Shown: positions 8,296 to 16,097 of the stretch, one piece after another
How positions within the stretch are numbered: position 1 is the first letter of the stretch
Layout of the letters: the number at the start of each line of letters is the position of its first letter
Assembly: GCA_020634395.1 (NCBI GenBank)
Contig: JACKBU010000014.1
Coordinates: 16,118 to 80,117, forward strand
Length of the DNA: 64,000 bases
DNA from: Ardenticatenaceae bacterium
Lineage (GTDB): Bacteria > Chloroflexota > Anaerolineae > Promineifilales > Promineifilaceae
Direction of reading: 5' to 3'
Translations under genes and position numbers: made by a program
The notes under the pieces: generated by a model
What the model saw: the letters and a program-made list of their open reading frames with translations, nothing else
The model's database searches: none
Told to the model about the DNA's origin: nothing

Positions 8296-9255
8296 CTAGG
8301 GTGTTAAAACGGTATCGACAACGTGGATAACGCCGTTAGAGGCGACCATGTTGAAGTCGGTAACGGGGTAACCGTTGAGGAAGACGGCGCCGTTGTCGCC
8401 GTGAGTGACGATTAACGGCCGTCCTTCGGCTGTCGGGATATAGTGATCGGTGGCAATCTGGTTGATGCCCAACCGGTCGTTGACGATGTGGTAAGAAAGA
8501 ATGGTTTGGAGGTCGTCCTGGTTACCCAGCAGATCGTTTGTCTGGTTGTCGCTTAGTTTAGCGAAGGCCGCGTCGGTGGGGGCAAACACGGTGTAATTCT
8601 GTGACGCATTGGCCAACTGGTCTTGCATGCCGGCCTGCTGCAGCAGCGCGAGGAAGGTGGTGAAACGGCCGTCGGCCGCCAGCACCTCATCCAGTGTATT
8701 GGTCTGCGAGCCGCGGGTGGCGGTGTTCAGGGAGTTCGTGGGCGGGATCAAAACGGTATCGATGATGTGGATGACGCCGTTGGAGGCCTGGATGTCGGCG
8801 GTGGTGATTTGCACGTCGTCGTTCAGGGAGATCTGACCGTCGGCGCCGTTAATGGTGACCGGGTCGCCCAGCAGGGTGGGGCGGGTATCGTAGGTGTTCA
8901 TGCTGGCGGCGGGGTAACGGCCGTTCACCACGTGATACAGCAAGATTTGCGTGCGCGTCGCCGCCGAGTCAGCGGCCGTTCCTCTAAAGTTAGTCATGGC
9001 CGCATTGGTTGGCGCAAACACAGTAAAGGGGCCGTCATTGTCCAGGTTATCGCTCAAGCCCGCAGCTTCAATCCACGTCGCAAAATCGGACAGGTCATCA
9101 CGGCTTTGTAATACGTCCCACACGGTTTGTGAGGATTGTTGTTGAGAGGGGGCGTCTTCGTTTGTCGGGGTAGTTTGTGCCGATACGCTAAAAACTGCAG
9201 CGCTCAACAAGCTTACTACCAGCAACAAAACAAACACTTTTTTCATTTTCATCAT
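8296..9255 (-). CDS. secreted fasciclin (2x FAS1) domain protein
   Basis: Signal peptide MMKMKKVFVLLLVVSLLSAAVFSVSA. Two copies of TVFAPT(N/D)AA(M/F) ... NGVIH(I/V)(I/V)DTVL. Confidence 0.9.
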   Translation of the reverse strand: MMKMKKVFVLLLVVSLLSAAVFSVSAQTTPTNEDAPSQQQSSQTVWDVLQSRDDLSDFATWIEAAGLSDNLDNDGPFTVFAPTNAAMTNFRGTAADSAATRTQILLYHVVNGRYPAASMNTYDTRPTLLGDPVTINGADGQISLNDDVQITTADIQASNGVIHIIDTVLIPPTNSLNTATRGSQTNTLDEVLAADGRFTTFLALLQQAGMQDQLANASQNYTVFAPTDAAFAKLSDNQTNDLLGNQDDLQTILSYHIVNDRLGINQIATDHYIPTAEGRPLIVTHGDNGAVFLNGYPVTDFNMVASNGVIHVVDTVLTP

Positions 9256-9408
9256 ATGTCATACTCCTTATCTCTGACTGATAAAGTTTCTCTTACCACG
9301 GTAACAGAAAGAAGGAGTAGACGTCATGTATCACGGTATAAAAAGGTATAGAACATCAGGTACAAATGTGGTGTATTTCCCAAGGCCGGGCTGGGTCCTT
9401 CCCGTCCA

Positions 9409-10080
9409 TCAGCGCCCATCTTCTCCTACCTGCGCCTCCAGCAAGGCGGCGTAGGCGGTGGCCTCCCAGCGATTGGTAACTCCCAACTTTTGCAGGATAT
9501 TGTGGACGTGGTTTTTGACGGTGCCCAACTCAATCGCCAGCCGTTCGGCAATTTCCTGGTTGCTCAGTTCTTCCCCAATCACCGCCAATACTTCGCGCTC
9601 ACGCGGGGTTAGCTCGGACAGCCTGTTTATGTCCGGGGTTAGGCCCAGTTCGGAGCGCAGTTGGGCCAGCTCATTGACCCGGCTCATCAACGCGGCCGTC
9701 ATTTGCGGCGAAGCCAGCGCCTCGCCCCGATAGAGGGCGTAGATGTTTTTGAGCAGTTCATCCATGGAACCGTCCTGCAGGACGTAACCGCCGGCCCCCG
9801 CTTCTACATAGGCCAGAATCGCCTTTTCCGTTTTAGGGATTCCCATGGCCAACACTTTGGCCGCAGTCTCGGTCTTGCGCGCGGCTCTGATTAACGAAAG
9901 CGCCCCGTCATCGGGCACGGTGACGCACACCAACAGTACGTCACACGTTTCCAGCTGGCTCAGTGCCTCGGCTTCCGTGGTCGCCCAGCCGATGACCTGA
10001 ATGTCGGGTGCTTGCTGCAGGGCAGCCATGATAACCCGCCCGAACACGCGTGTCTCGTGGACAATAAGCAAACGAATCAT
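9409..10080 (-). CDS. LuxR/NarL-type regulator with degenerate (pseudo-)receiver domain
   Basis: C-terminal HTH LTPREREVLAVIGEELSNQEIAERLAIELGTVKNHVHNILQKLGV. Receiver fold present but the acidic pocket, phosphoacceptor and Lys positions are substituted. ATG at 10080 preceded by GGAGGA. Confidence 0.8.
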   Translation of the reverse strand: MIRLLIVHETRVFGRVIMAALQQAPDIQVIGWATTEAEALSQLETCDVLLVCVTVPDDGALSLIRAARKTETAAKVLAMGIPKTEKAILAYVEAGAGGYVLQDGSMDELLKNIYALYRGEALASPQMTAALMSRVNELAQLRSELGLTPDINRLSELTPREREVLAVIGEELSNQEIAERLAIELGTVKNHVHNILQKLGVTNRWEATAYAALLEAQVGEDGR

Positions 10081-10602
10081 ACGGTTTCCTCCGCAAACAC
10101 AAGTCGTTGTTCGCGCCCTAGATGCGGCGAACAACGGGGAACGGGGGCTTGTCAGTTCTCGCTTCTAATTACCTGGCGATGGTTTATGGCGAAGGCGTAG
10201 GGATGGGGATTTTGTAAGGCTGTGAGGAATGCCAGATATGGCATTTTTAAGCCTGAGCTTGTACTAAGTAAGTGATCAGTAGAAAGTTTTCGGAAGGCCC
10301 GAAGGGTTTGAAACCCAGGATACTCGGCTAAACTGATGCAAAACCCTTCGGGTCTAATTCCCAAATCCTTTTGCGGTTTACTTAGCAAGGCGTTGCTCTT
10401 GGTTACCTGTTGAAGATTATACCGGGTTACATACCTATATTCCAGGGGGAATAGATATAAGATACAGGTTGGTTTTTAGGCCTGTGCGGGGCCGTCTGTA
10501 TCAAAAGTGTACCCGGCCTCTTGTGCCCCTGTTCATGGAAACGGCCGTGTCCCCTGTTATGGTAGGCGTGAATTTGACATTTGCTGCAAAGGAGATGCTG
10601 TC

Positions 10603-10812
10603 ATGCAAAATTATCCCGAAAATGATCCGCGCCATCACACGCAAACGATTCAGGCGCGCCTGGATGACCTTATCGACCACCTGCGGCAGGACATTCAAAA
10701 AGTCGATGAACCCAAAGCTGAGGCGCTTTTTGAGACGACGGCCGAAGTTCTGGAAGGCTTAAAAACAGCCTATGCCCATTACGAGGAAAAGTCGGAAGCA
10801 GCCTGGCGCTAG
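10603..10812 (+). CDS. small hypothetical protein (69 aa)
   Basis: ATG preceded by AAGGAG. Helical, charged sequence MQNYPENDPRHHTQTIQARLDDL... Confidence 0.5.
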   Translation: MQNYPENDPRHHTQTIQARLDDLIDHLRQDIQKVDEPKAEALFETTAEVLEGLKTAYAHYEEKSEAAWR

Positions 10813-10922
10813 GGGTTTGTGGCCCGCTGCCCTGCCAGTTGCTAGGTGGGAGGAGGAAGTTTGCATTCACAAGAGAGAATACGGCCGTTGGCTGTAAAAC
10901 GGCCGTGTAAAGGAGTATTCAT

Positions 10923-11822
10923 ATGAAAAAAGTAAAACTGTTACTGACGCTGCTGCTCATTGGCCTGCTGGCCGTCTTTGCGGCGTGCAGCGCGGATGAT
11001 AATTCGCCAAACAACCCCGATAACCCAAACACGATGGACCAGACAACAACCACAGCGCTGCCCCCAACCGAATCGGTCCCGGCTGCCGACACCGCCTCGC
11101 CGGCTGACGTCGGCGCGAGTGGGGAAGGCGGCGACATGAACGCCTGGCTGCAACAGGTGAACAACGACCAGACCGCCACGATGAGCCAGGGCGAAGCACT
11201 GGACTGGGGACTGGGGTACCTGGTTTACTATGGAGATATTTCGGAAGTCGGCCTGGATAATCTAATCTACAATGCGCTTGAGGTGCAGAAGCGCCTGGAC
11301 ACCGGCGCAGTAACCGCTGATAACATGAGCTTGCAGGCACAAAATCTGTTAGACCTGACCGATGGCATCGAATACGATCCCTCGGTGGAACTGACGCAGC
11401 AGGTGGCGCAAACGCCCGATGTCAGACAGACGATCCTGAACCGCATTAGCCAGGATCAGAGTGGTCTTTCGCCGCAGGAAGCGCTGGATGCCAATGAAGT
11501 AAGTGGGATTGTGGCCCTGAATTCCGCCGATACGGTCGGCCGCAAGTATCTGGTCTACACGCAGGATTCCCCCGACGACGACTTTTCATTCCTGGGCACA
11601 GTGATCGCTGCTGATGCGGCGCCGCAAACAGGCGGAGAACCGTACAGCTATCAGAATTGGCAAGAACTGCCGCTTTTAGGCGATGCCACCGGGCCTTTTT
11701 GGAATGATCTTCCCACAGGCGTTTCGGACGATCCGGCCAACACGGATGAAGGTCGGCCTGGCGTCCTGCTCGTCAGCCAGACAGCCTTTGAGGACATCAA
11801 CCAGGGTAACATGGGGCAGTAA
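10923..11822 (+). CDS. hypothetical lipoprotein
   Basis: AAGGAG RBS. Lipobox-like LLAVFAAC followed by a low-complexity linker. Confidence 0.65.
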   Translation: MKKVKLLLTLLLIGLLAVFAACSADDNSPNNPDNPNTMDQTTTTALPPTESVPAADTASPADVGASGEGGDMNAWLQQVNNDQTATMSQGEALDWGLGYLVYYGDISEVGLDNLIYNALEVQKRLDTGAVTADNMSLQAQNLLDLTDGIEYDPSVELTQQVAQTPDVRQTILNRISQDQSGLSPQEALDANEVSGIVALNSADTVGRKYLVYTQDSPDDDFSFLGTVIAADAAPQTGGEPYSYQNWQELPLLGDATGPFWNDLPTGVSDDPANTDEGRPGVLLVSQTAFEDINQGNMGQ

Positions 11823-11854
11823 GAGTCAGTAACAAGTAAAGAAGAAAAGAAGAA

Positions 11855-11886
11855 GGGGGCAGAACGGCCGTTATCGTTCTGCCCCC
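11855..11886 (+). terminator. intrinsic terminator
   Basis: GGGGGCAGAACG-gccgttat-CGTTCTGCCCCC followed by TTCTTTGTTTT. The loop carries the ACGGCCGT octamer. Confidence 0.8.
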
Positions 11887-11957
11887 TTCTTTGTTTTCCG
11901 ATTCAAAGAAAGTTGGACCATACAGCGGGCTTTCACAACCCGCTTGCCGTGCTGCTC

Positions 11958-12533
11958 CTACTGGCCCGCCAGCTGCTCCCGCAGTTCTTTTTCCTTTTCT
12001 GACGATAACGTAGAGGAGATTAAGGTCGGGTCATAAGCGCGCAGTTTTGCCAGCAAGGCATCCCGGTCATTGGCCTTGCCAAGTACCAAAAGAGCTGAAC
12101 TGTTGGGCTGCAAACGCTGTTTGATGGCTTCAATGCTCTTATCGCTAATGCCAAAGTCTCTTAACGAGGCTGTAATGCGGCCCAAGCCCGCGCCAATAGC
12201 AATGCCTGCTATCGGCCCGCCGATGAGGATGCCGGCCAACAAACCGATGCCCGCGCCTCGCCTGGTGTACTTGCCCTTGGGCGCATGCGTTTGCACCACG
12301 CGGATGCGATTCTCGTCGGCCACGCCGGCCGGGACAACCGCGCCGCCATCCCCAAACGAAGCGGAAGTGGGCGGCGCTACCAGGCCATCTTCCCCTTCGG
12401 CGCGTTCAAGGATGATGGCATCCTCTACTTCCACCAGACCGTCTTTCTCCATTTGCTCGATCTCTTTATAGACAGTCGAGGCTGTATCGAATCCCACAAA
12501 GGTTAATACAATAAAGTTATTACTGTCAGCCAT
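11958..12533 (-). CDS. DUF1269-like glycine-zipper membrane protein (copy 1)
   Basis: N-terminal IVLTFVGFDTASTVYKEIEQMEKDGLVEVEDAIILER, glycine zipper GAGIGLLAGILIGGPIAGIAIGAGLG, C-terminal FGISDKSIEAIKQRLQPNSSALLVL. Confidence 0.8.
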   Translation of the reverse strand: MADSNNFIVLTFVGFDTASTVYKEIEQMEKDGLVEVEDAIILERAEGEDGLVAPPTSASFGDGGAVVPAGVADENRIRVVQTHAPKGKYTRRGAGIGLLAGILIGGPIAGIAIGAGLGRITASLRDFGISDKSIEAIKQRLQPNSSALLVLGKANDRDALLAKLRAYDPTLISSTLSSEKEKELREQLAGQ

Positions 12534-12695
12534 GGCTTAATCTCCTTGGAACCCATCTGAGTAATTGACCCGAAAAAACACATTTCATTGACAATTGTCT
12601 TAACGAAAACGCCTGACTCATCGCCTTACATCTTGGATGCAGATAGGTTAACACAATGTCACAGAATGTCGATCCTTTTCCCGTTGACCCGGCCG

Positions 12696-13268
12696 TTACT
12701 CTGCTAACCGCGCCCGTAATTCAGCTTCAACCTCAGGGGTCAGGCTGGAAGAAACAACCTGCGGACTATAGGGACGAAGCTGCGCCAAAAACGCCTCCTG
12801 ATCAGCCGTGTGGCCCAGCACCAGCAGGCCAGAGCTGTCTGGCTGCAGACGCCGCCGGATGGCCGTAATGTTTTCGTCGCTGATGCCAAAATCTTTTAAT
12901 CGGGCCGAAACTGCCCCAATGCTGGCCCCTACTGCCAGCCCTAGCACCGGTCCACCCAGCAGCACGCCGGCCAGCAGCCCCAGGCCGCCTCCGCGCCGGG
13001 TATATTTGCCCTTTTTGCCATGCGTTTGCTTTACGCGGATCGAGTCCTCGATGGAGTGGGGCGCTTTGGCTGCCGTGCCGGCCTTGTCGGGAAAGGCCTG
13101 GGCTGGCGAAAGACTTTCCGGCGCGTCCGCGTCATCTCGCTCAAGGATGATGGCGTCTTGTATGGCAAGCAGCTGATCTTTTTCCATTTTTTCGAGTTGT
13201 TCGTAAACGGTCGCGGCCGTTCCCACTCCCTCAAACGTCAGGATAAGCAGCGTATTGTTCTCAGACAT
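12696..13268 (-). CDS. DUF1269-like glycine-zipper membrane protein (copy 2)
   Basis: Paralog of copy 1: LLILTFEGVGTAATVYEQLEKMEKDQLLAIQDAIILER ... GGGLGLLAGVLLGGPVLGLAVGASIG ... FGISDENITAIRRRLQPDSSGLLVL. Start at ATG 13268. Confidence 0.8.
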   Translation of the reverse strand: MSENNTLLILTFEGVGTAATVYEQLEKMEKDQLLAIQDAIILERDDADAPESLSPAQAFPDKAGTAAKAPHSIEDSIRVKQTHGKKGKYTRRGGGLGLLAGVLLGGPVLGLAVGASIGAVSARLKDFGISDENITAIRRRLQPDSSGLLVLGHTADQEAFLAQLRPYSPQVVSSSLTPEVEAELRARLAE

Positions 13269-13714
13269 TGTCACACCTTTTCTATGTAGTTGGCCGCTGG
13301 ACTGTTTTCCGGACGTGTCGGACAGCCAACAAAACGGCCGTTTCTGGGACCAGCGCCCAGGGTTACGATATTCGGCCACGGCAAATACATCAGTTGGAAA
13401 ACCCGATTGCTGTCTCCATTATACTTCTTTGGCCGCACTATTCCCTAGAAACTTGTCAAAACAATGTAAGCCAGCGGTAGAAGGACGTGTAGTACCAAAA
13501 AGGTGCACGAATGGGGGATTTCTCCATCGTTCATCTTCCTTGTAAGTTCTCTTCACACTCCTGAGAAATGGGTTACAACTTTCATACATCCTTTTGGTGC
13601 TACGCAGTCCTAACCCCATTATTCTATGATGATAACGGTTTCAGATTATCAAACCATTCAGGCTGCTTTCGCCCTTAACAGCGAGTATAAGCCAAAATCT
13701 AACAGGAGGAATGC

Positions 13715-16087
13715 ATGTCCAACCGGCCAGATAAACATTTACGGGCGCAATTACCCATCCCCGATGTGCCCAAACCAGGATTAACCACCTACGATGCCAA
13801 AGACCCGGATACCAAATATCCCCCCATCGAACCGCTGCGTCCCCCTGAAGGGGCACCCAACGTTCTAATTATCTTGCTGGACGATGTAGGCTTTGGCGCA
13901 TCCAGTGCCTTCGGCGGTCCGTGTAACACGCCCGCGTTTGAAAGGCTGGCAGCCGGCGGGCTGAAATACAATCGTTTTCATACGACTGCCCTGTGCGCCC
14001 CCACCCGCCAGGCCTTAATGACCGGCCGCAACCATCATTCGGTCGGTATGGGCAACATCACCGAAACCGCTACGGCCGCACCCGGTCAAAACTCGCTGCG
14101 TCCTAACACAAAAGCCCCCATCGCGCTGACTTTGAAACTGAACGGTTACTCTACCGCCATGTTTGGCAAGTGCCATGAAGTTCCCGTCTGGGAAAACAAT
14201 CCGATGGGGCCTTTCGAGCACTGGCCGGCTGGCGGCGGCGGCTTTGAATACTTCTATGGCTTCATCGGCGGCGAAAACAATCAGTGGGACCCTGCTCTTT
14301 TCGAGGGCCTGACCCCCGTCGAGCCGCCAGCCACTCCCGAAGAGGGATACCACCTGACCGAAGATCTGGCCGATCATGCTGTGAACTGGATTCGGCAGCA
14401 AAAAGCCCTGATGCCCGACAAACCATTCTTCGTCTACTTCTCTCCCGGTGCGACCCACGCTCCGCACCACGTGCCCAAGGAGTGGGCCGACAAGTACAAA
14501 GGGCAGTTTGGGCACGGTTGGGACAAACAACGCGAGATCACCTTTGCCCGACAAAAAGAACTGGGTGTCATCTCGCAAGACTGTGATCTGACTCCCCGTC
14601 ATGCCGAGATTCCTGCCTGGGATGATATGCCCGAAGAACTGAAGCCGGTGCTGGAACGTGAAATGGAGGTATATGCCGGGTTCCTGGAGCACACCGATTA
14701 CCACGTTGGCCGGGTGATTGATGTTCTGGAAGAGCTGGAAATTCTCGATGATACGCTCATCTTCTGCATCATCGGGGACAATGGCGCGTCCGCAGAGGGT
14801 ACGCTAAATGGCGCCTTCAACGAAATGGCTAATTTTAACGGCCTGGCTGCTCTAGAAACGCCCGAGTTCATGCTCTCTAAGATGGACGAGTTTGGCTCGC
14901 CGAGTTCGTATAACCATTATGCTGTGGGTTGGGCCTGGGCCATGGATGCACCGTATCAGTGGACCAAACAAGTCGCTTCTCATTGGGGTGGCACCCGCAA
15001 TGGCACCATCGTGCACTGGCCGAAAGGCATCCAGGAGAAAGGCGGGCTGCGTAATCAGTTCGGCCACGTTATTGACGTTGCCCCGACTATCCTGGAAGCA
15101 GCCGGTTTGCCGGAGCCGGTTTTTGTCAACGGGGTGCAGCAGTCGCCAATGGAAGGCACGAGCATGCTGTACAGCTTCAACGAGGCTGCCGCGCCTGAAC
15201 AACATGAAGTGCAATATTTTGAGATGTTTGGCAACCGCGGCATCTATTACAAGGGCTGGAGCGCCGTCACCAAACATCGCACCCCGTGGCTGATGGTGGG
15301 GCAGAAGATGGTGGCTTTTGATGACGATGTGTGGGAGTTGTACGATGGCAGCAAAGACTGGTCACAGGCCCGCGATCTGTCTAAAGAAATGCCCGATATG
15401 CTGCACAAGCTGCAGCGCCTCTGGTTGATCGAGGCTACCAAGTACAACGCTATTCCGCTGGATGACCGGCAAGTCGAGCGCATTATTCCAGAGTTGGCGG
15501 GCCGTCCTACCCTCATCCACGGTAATTCACAGTTGCTGTTTCCAGGGATGGGACGACTTTCAGAACTCAGTGTGCTCAACCTGAAGAACAAATCGTTCTC
15601 GGTTACAGCCGAGATTGAGGTGGGCAACAAACCGGCCCATGGCGTTATCGCTGCCCAGGGTGGCCGGTTTGGCGGCTGGAGTGTGTACGCCAAGAACGGC
15701 ACGCTCAAGTTTTCTTATAACGTGCTGGGCATTCATGAGTTCACTATTGAAGCGACGGAGCCGATTTCCCAGGGTAGACACCAGGTGCGGATGGAGTTTG
15801 CCTACGACGGTGGCGGATTAGGGAAAGGCGGCACTGTCACGTTGTATTATGACGGCCGTCTGGTGGGTAACGGCCGTGTGGACATGACCCAGGCCATGAT
15901 CTTCTCGGCAGACGAAACTTTGGACATTGGCTATGAAGCCGGCACGCCGGTTGCAACGGATTACACCACCCACGACAGCAAGTTCACCGGCAAAATTCAT
16001 TGGGTACAGCTTGACGCGGGTCAAGACGATCACGATCACTTTATTGATCCTGAAGAGCGCCTGCGTATTGCCATGGCGCGCCAGTAA
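13715..16087 (+). CDS. large arylsulfatase (Cys-type, formylglycine-dependent)
   Basis: LLDDVGFGASSAFGG and the sulfatase signature CAPTRQALMTGRNHH. GATHAPHH. 790 aa. GGAGG RBS. Confidence 0.9.
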   Translation: MSNRPDKHLRAQLPIPDVPKPGLTTYDAKDPDTKYPPIEPLRPPEGAPNVLIILLDDVGFGASSAFGGPCNTPAFERLAAGGLKYNRFHTTALCAPTRQALMTGRNHHSVGMGNITETATAAPGQNSLRPNTKAPIALTLKLNGYSTAMFGKCHEVPVWENNPMGPFEHWPAGGGGFEYFYGFIGGENNQWDPALFEGLTPVEPPATPEEGYHLTEDLADHAVNWIRQQKALMPDKPFFVYFSPGATHAPHHVPKEWADKYKGQFGHGWDKQREITFARQKELGVISQDCDLTPRHAEIPAWDDMPEELKPVLEREMEVYAGFLEHTDYHVGRVIDVLEELEILDDTLIFCIIGDNGASAEGTLNGAFNEMANFNGLAALETPEFMLSKMDEFGSPSSYNHYAVGWAWAMDAPYQWTKQVASHWGGTRNGTIVHWPKGIQEKGGLRNQFGHVIDVAPTILEAAGLPEPVFVNGVQQSPMEGTSMLYSFNEAAAPEQHEVQYFEMFGNRGIYYKGWSAVTKHRTPWLMVGQKMVAFDDDVWELYDGSKDWSQARDLSKEMPDMLHKLQRLWLIEATKYNAIPLDDRQVERIIPELAGRPTLIHGNSQLLFPGMGRLSELSVLNLKNKSFSVTAEIEVGNKPAHGVIAAQGGRFGGWSVYAKNGTLKFSYNVLGIHEFTIEATEPISQGRHQVRMEFAYDGGGLGKGGTVTLYYDGRLVGNGRVDMTQAMIFSADETLDIGYEAGTPVATDYTTHDSKFTGKIHWVQLDAGQDDHDHFIDPEERLRIAMARQ

Positions 16088-16097
16088 GGAGACCGAA

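Noticed and set aside
13336-15850. Octamer-free gaps over 2 kb (also 45.6-48.2 kb and 49.8-52.2 kb) as evidence of recent horizontal transfer
   Set aside because: With a mean spacing of about 640 bp, a Poisson model predicts about two gaps of this size among roughly 100 intervals. Three gaps are therefore not clearly significant without genome-wide statistics.
15927-16097. Upstream extension of the sulfatase-fusion ORF (1025-aa version)
   Set aside because: It overlaps the last 160 nt of the preceding sulfatase in another frame. ATG 16098 has a perfect AAGGAG RBS and begins the DUF1269-like module.
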